Shown one piece after another: positions 53,251 to 55,980 of a stretch of DNA of 55,980 nt. A model generated the notes under the pieces. That model saw only the letters and a list, made by a program, of their open reading frames with translations, searched no databases and had not been told where the DNA came from. Location: the NCBI GenBank assembly GCA_001825315.1, contig MHVR01000023.1, forward strand, positions 1 to 55,980, read 5' to 3'. The stretch is from Candidatus Zambryskibacteria bacterium RIFCSPHIGHO2_02_FULL_43_14. Its GTDB lineage: Bacteria > Patescibacteriota > Minisyncoccia > Phycocordibacterales > Zambryskibacteraceae. The position numbers and the translations under genes are program-made. Position 1 is the first letter of the stretch. The number at the start of each line of letters is the position of its first letter.

Positions 53251-54600
53251 ATGCCCGTGGGTACTTATAAAGAATCTTTTTTATTTGTGCTGTCTCTTCT
53301 GGTTTTACTGCCGGTTATTACGCACGCCCAAGTTTCAAAAATTGTATTTACTACTGAATCACAAATAATAAAGCCGGGTGAACTCTCCGGTCCTATAACT
53401 ATTCAAACGCAAGATTCTTTCGGTAATTTGTATCAGACACCGGAAACTATTGATCTTGAATTTACCTCTACTTCAGCAACAGCTGAATTCTTGGGAAGCA
53501 CTGGTAATCCAGTGACCAAGACTATGAATACCAATACTGCCAATCGCACTTTCTATTACCGCGATTCGATGGAAGGAAATTCTACCATCACAATAAATGC
53601 CACAGGCAGGACGAGTGGTAATATCTGGGGCGCGAATCAAACAATTACCATTTCAAATTCCGTATCTACCTCCACTTCTACTACTACAAATCAAACTACA
53701 ACCACCACAAGCACTCCCTCTCCGACTAATAATTCTCCTAGTACCACTTCTGGCCACTATAGTGCCACCCCTGTTACCTATCTGGATCCTTCTGTTAAAT
53801 TTGAGGCGGGTGCTGGCAGAAACAGACTAAGTACAGTCGGTGTACCGATAGAATTTAAAGCAGATACGACTTCGGAACACACAAAAAACAGTAGTTTCAA
53901 GTGGTCCTTCGGAGATGGTTCGATGACGAATGGCCCTTTAGTAACACACTCGTATGCATATCCGGGAGAATATGTGGTAGTGCTCAGTGTAACAGCTCTT
54001 GATGGTAAGGGAGCAGTATCTCGTACTAATGTTAAAATTGTGGCAGCAGAACTGTTTGTCAGTCAGGCTTCACTTGATCGTATAGAGATAACCAATAATT
54101 CGAGAGAGGAGGTTAATCTTTACGGTCGCGCTTTGACCTCTGGAGGTAAAATATTTCTTTTTCCACAAGATACAATTGTTGCAGCAAAACAAAAAATAAG
54201 TTTCAGCACAGCCGTTACAGGGTTAAAACCAACTCATCCCACTGATGTCTATCTTGTAGTTGTTGGAGCTAGTCCAAGTAATATAAATATTGCCGCAAAA
54301 ATAGAAGAAGAGAGATTGGCGCAAATTGCTTTGGTTCAGAGTCAGATTTATGAATTGCAACAGGAATTGGTGGTAGTAACAGAACAGGAAGAAGACGTGC
54401 GATTGTCGACTACCACTGAGATCATTGAATCAGAAGAGCCAAAGGTTGAGGAAATAAATAAAGTGGAAGAGAAAAATCCAGCCGAGCTTCAATTGGAATC
54501 CCAAACAGCATTAGTGACAAATGCCATATCAGAGACAAAATCAGGTATTATGAGTAGTTGGCTAAATATACTCAAACGTTTTTTCTTTAGAACCTGGTAA
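53251..54600 (+). CDS. secreted protein with PKD domain, lamin-tail-like domain and C-terminal anchor
   Basis: 449 aa. Signal peptide, T/S-rich linker, FKWSFGDGS..HSYAYPGEYVVVLSV (PKD), EITNNSREEVNLYGRAL..FLFP (LTD-like), hydrophobic C-terminus. Confidence 0.7.
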   Translation: MPVGTYKESFLFVLSLLVLLPVITHAQVSKIVFTTESQIIKPGELSGPITIQTQDSFGNLYQTPETIDLEFTSTSATAEFLGSTGNPVTKTMNTNTANRTFYYRDSMEGNSTITINATGRTSGNIWGANQTITISNSVSTSTSTTTNQTTTTTSTPSPTNNSPSTTSGHYSATPVTYLDPSVKFEAGAGRNRLSTVGVPIEFKADTTSEHTKNSSFKWSFGDGSMTNGPLVTHSYAYPGEYVVVLSVTALDGKGAVSRTNVKIVAAELFVSQASLDRIEITNNSREEVNLYGRALTSGGKIFLFPQDTIVAAKQKISFSTAVTGLKPTHPTDVYLVVVGASPSNINIAAKIEEERLAQIALVQSQIYELQQELVVVTEQEEDVRLSTTTEIIESEEPKVEEINKVEEKNPAELQLESQTALVTNAISETKSGIMSSWLNILKRFFFRTW

Positions 54601-54693
54601 CGAAGAAATTACTCGTTAATGACAGGGTAATGAAAAACGCGGTTCTGTGATCAGAACCGCGTTTGACTGGATGACACAAACAACCGTGTCACT

Positions 54694-54792
54694 TCAGTTG
54701 CTGGACTTCGCGCCCCTAGCAAACCAATGCCAGGCTACCAAAGACGCGAGGGCTAGTACAATGTAACCCAGAAGAAACTGCCAAAACATCAT
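54694..54792 (-). CDS. possible 32-aa hydrophobic peptide (below the ORF-track cutoff)
   Basis: MMFWQFLLGYIVLALASLVAWHWFARGAKSSN. GGGGGA lies 4-7 nt upstream. The hairpin AACGCGGTTCTG..CAGAACCGCGTT (about 54637-54663) lies downstream. Confidence 0.3.
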   Translation of the reverse strand: MMFWQFLLGYIVLALASLVAWHWFARGAKSSN

Positions 54793-54925
54793 TTTTCCCC
54801 CATGGACAGAACATTATTTGTATCTGTTGTCAGATTATACATATGTATTATATATGTGTCAAGAGTACAAAAAGTAAATCACTTTGCTCATTATATTTCA
54901 GCTGGTGGTGGACGGATACAGGTGG

Positions 54926-54954
54926 TTGACACTAAAATCGAAAGGGTATAGAAT
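54926..54954 (+). promoter_or_regulatory. rRNA promoter TTGACA-N17-TAGAAT
   Basis: -35 at 54926-54931, 17-nt spacer, -10 at 54949-54954, about 360 nt upstream of the 23S 5' end. Confidence 0.7.
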
Positions 54955-55033
54955 GGCGACTATCCAGAAATGTTTAGAAACCTTAACTCAAAAAGAGCGA
55001 TGTGAGCGACTTTAGTGTCGCTTTGTGGGTTTC

Positions 55034-55088
55034 GACCCCGTCGCTTCAAGCGACGGGGTCTTTCGTTTCTGGAACTGAACTTTAACAA
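55034..55088 (+). promoter_or_regulatory. rrn antitermination-like leader: boxB-type hairpin + boxA-like TGAACTTTAACAA
   Basis: GACCCCGTCGC-ttcaa-GCGACGGGGTC (55034-55060) followed by TGAACTTTAACAA (55076-55088), which matches 11/13 of the E. coli boxA TGCTCTTTAACAA. Confidence 0.55.
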
Positions 55089-55314
55089 CTGAATGCCATC
55101 ATGTGCAGTAATTAGACGGGGGTCTTTTGTGCATATAGATGGAAGAAAATGTTCTTGCCGTCCGATTGTAGGATAGCGAGAGCGAAGCTAAATGAAAGTG
55201 TTGATTTCATTTAGCAGGATAGAACCCCGTAAAATCGCTTTGCGATCACGGGGTAAGTAAACCGCGTGGACGCAGTGGCGTCTTTACGCGGGTGGTTTTT
55301 AAGTTTCCTAATAG

Positions 55315-55980
<666 letters not shown>

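Noticed and set aside
54622-54631. ACAGGGTAAT, matching the right half of the I-SceI homing site.
   Set aside because: It is only a 10-nt partial match in a non-rRNA intergenic context. Thousands of random 10-mer coincidences are expected in a window this size.

Overview
This window looks like a contig from a small-genome, low-GC (about 35-42% by eye) Patescibacteria/CPR bacterium, probably Parcubacteria-like. Native genes are tightly packed and mostly lack a Shine-Dalgarno sequence. Housekeeping content: argS, ileS, glyQS, metG; the thymidylate cycle folA, dcd, thyA, glyA; secE-nusG-rplK; rpsF-ssb-rpsR; rplS, efp, recA, ftsK, ruvX, recO. Also present: a PilM/N/O pilus module, a HAD/cupin/GH130 mannoside cluster, six tRNAs, four toxin-antitoxin pairs (three RelE/ParE-type, one Panacea/DUF4065-type), a class II Fic protein, a cell-surface protein cluster interrupted by an IS200/RayT-like Y1 transposase, and the first ~670 nt of a 23S rRNA gene with its own promoter and no 16S upstream. 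The first ~4.1 kb is compositionally foreign: about 55-58% GC with canonical SD sites. It encodes an orphan REC protein, an XRE-like HTH protein, a ParB-like protein, three copies of a ~40-nt hairpin element and an ORF-poor structured region, and it ends at the 3' end of tRNA-Ser(UGA). It is probably the end of an integrated mobile element, or else an assembly chimera. The observations most worth follow-up: (1) a complete histidine-phosphatase (PGAM-type) domain nested inside the IleRS catalytic core; (2) the foreign island with its repeated hairpins and candidate ncRNA; (3) a 29-bp perfect palindrome family present in an intergenic region and in-frame inside argS; (4) a ~129-nt AT-rich hairpin inserted in 23S domain I that shares an 11-nt core with the hairpins flanking the RayT-like transposase; (5) phased GACAGA/AAAGGACAG repeats around a wHTH gene; (6) a Panacea-antitoxin pair with an unclassified toxin. 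No CRISPR array, cas gene, reverse transcriptase, DGR or alternative-code signal was seen. All calls come from reading the sequence and recalling protein motifs; nothing was searched or computed.
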